Below, in pieces: positions 43,661 to 44,471 of a stretch of DNA of 44,471 nucleotides; the stretch's first letter is position 1, and every line of letters starts with the position of its first letter. This DNA comes from a virus (lineage: Duplodnaviria > Caudoviricetes): positions 1 to 44,471 of the IMG/VR virus record IMGVR_UViG_3300046373_000041. One strand, given 5' to 3'. The notes under the pieces are model-generated. The model was not told the origin of the DNA, made no database searches, and worked only from the letters and a program-made list of their open reading frames with translations. Both the position numbers and the translations under genes were made by a program.

Positions 43661-43717
43661 GGTGAGTTCTTCTTTCGTCTGGCGAGATTGTTTGAAGTGC
43701 TCTAACAGTCTATCGGT

Positions 43718-43876
43718 TTAGGCGGCGTGCCGCCTTTCACGGCGCTCGGCGAGTTCGATGATGATGACGTCGGCGCCAGGCAGCGAGCAGTCGAAGCAGG
43801 TCGAGGCGCGGGGCGGCTTGAAGTTGCCGCATTCGCAGCGCTGGCGGCTGGTCAGCCATGCAAGGAAAGTTCTCAT
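43718..43876 (-). CDS. small Cys-rich protein (52 aa; CECG...CFDC)
   Basis: Translated by hand; ATGA overlap. Confidence 0.55.
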   Translation of the reverse strand: MRTFLAWLTSRQRCECGNFKPPRASTCFDCSLPGADVIIIELAERRERRHAA

Positions 43877-44172
43877 AGGTAGTGCCCCGCTTTGATCTCG
43901 AAGGTGATTAGTTCCTTGTCTTGCCGGTCGCGCAGGGCGCCGGTCAGGGTGCGGCCAGGGTGGTAAGGCTCGATATGGACATGCCAGCCGGGTTTGAGTC
44001 GCTTGCGGATCGCGAGGGGCGCGAGGCGTTGCGTCAGCCAGCCCTTCAGCATGCTCGCGCCGGGGTGGTAGCCGATCAGGTTCGGCGGGGCGGCGAAGTT
44101 GCTGCGCGGGTCGAAGACGACTGTCATCGGCGCGCCGCTCGGCTCGGGCTTGCGGGCTTCGGCGGCGCTCAC
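43873..44172 (-). CDS. hypothetical protein
   Basis: GTG start at 44172 overlaps the upstream TGA. Confidence 0.6.
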   Translation of the reverse strand: MSAAEARKPEPSGAPMTVVFDPRSNFAAPPNLIGYHPGASMLKGWLTQRLAPLAIRKRLKPGWHVHIEPYHPGRTLTGALRDRQDKELITFEIKAGHYL

Positions 44173-44291
44173 TTGCCGATCCTGCCGAGATAGTGCCAAC
44201 TGCCGAGCGTGGTCAGGTGGTGACTATGCGGGCTGGGGTCGTCGCAGCCGCGGCACTTGCGAGTGTAGAGCTTGATCAGTAGTCGCTTCAC
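44169..44291 (-). CDS. small hypothetical protein (40 aa; CRGC...H..H)
   Basis: Translated by hand; GTGA overlaps at both ends. Confidence 0.5.
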   Translation of the reverse strand: MKRLLIKLYTRKCRGCDDPSPHSHHLTTLGSWHYLGRIGK

Positions 44292-44471
44292 TTGGGGTCT
44301 TCTTTCGCTACGGGCGTCCAGGGGGTGTAGTAGCCGACGAGGTCGCGGGTTTCGATGGTCCCGCTCGGGTGGTGCCGCATGGGGCGCTCGACGGCGGTCT
44401 TCGATTTCGATTCTTTGATGACTTCGCCGTCGGCTGCGACGCCGCGGTAGAACGTTTCGATTACTTCGGTT
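44288..44471 (-). CDS. hypothetical protein, partial (5' end outside the window)
   Basis: Open frame ...TEVIETFYRG...EDPK*. Confidence 0.55.
   Translation of the reverse strand, partial: TEVIETFYRGVAADGEVIKESKSKTAVERPMRHHPSGTIETRDLVGYYTPWTPVAKEDPK

Overview
This window is most of a high-GC tailed phage genome with a contractile tail (myovirus). Gene content points to an actinobacteriophage, probably of a Micrococcales/Arthrobacter-like host (inference). Almost all genes are on the minus strand. Read in transcription order (right to left): small hypothetical genes; a Cys-rich putative regulator; a ParB-like protein; a divergent HTH gene; TerS, TerL and a Mu-type portal; a MuF-like head protein fused to a papain-fold (Tox-PL-like) toxin plus a putative immunity gene; protease/scaffold, decoration protein and major capsid; neck, sheath, tube, tail chaperone (probable -1 frameshift), tape measure, LysM protein and hub-CHAP; a lysis cassette embedded among the tail genes; baseplate and an SGNH tail fibre; then an early recombination/replication block (exonuclease, RecT-like protein, HNH, SSB, NrdH, two tandem paralogous initiators with an ori, RusA, SMC-like ATPase). 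I saw no integrase, tRNA or CRISPR array. Signals the ORF track does not explain: (1) ten copies of a phage-specific promoter, CC(T/G)TCCCAC-N20-NANNNT, five of them leaderless and one nested inside the protease gene; (2) about 13 copies of a GTTCTA-N3-GTTCRA-like operator at sigmaA-type promoters, including two antisense promoters in the packaging/head operon; (3) the MuF-toxin/immunity pair; (4) an H-type pseudoknot directly after the tail tube stop codon; (5) catalytically dead CHAP-like and NlpC/P60-like proteins. All calls come from reading the sequence; no database searches were run.
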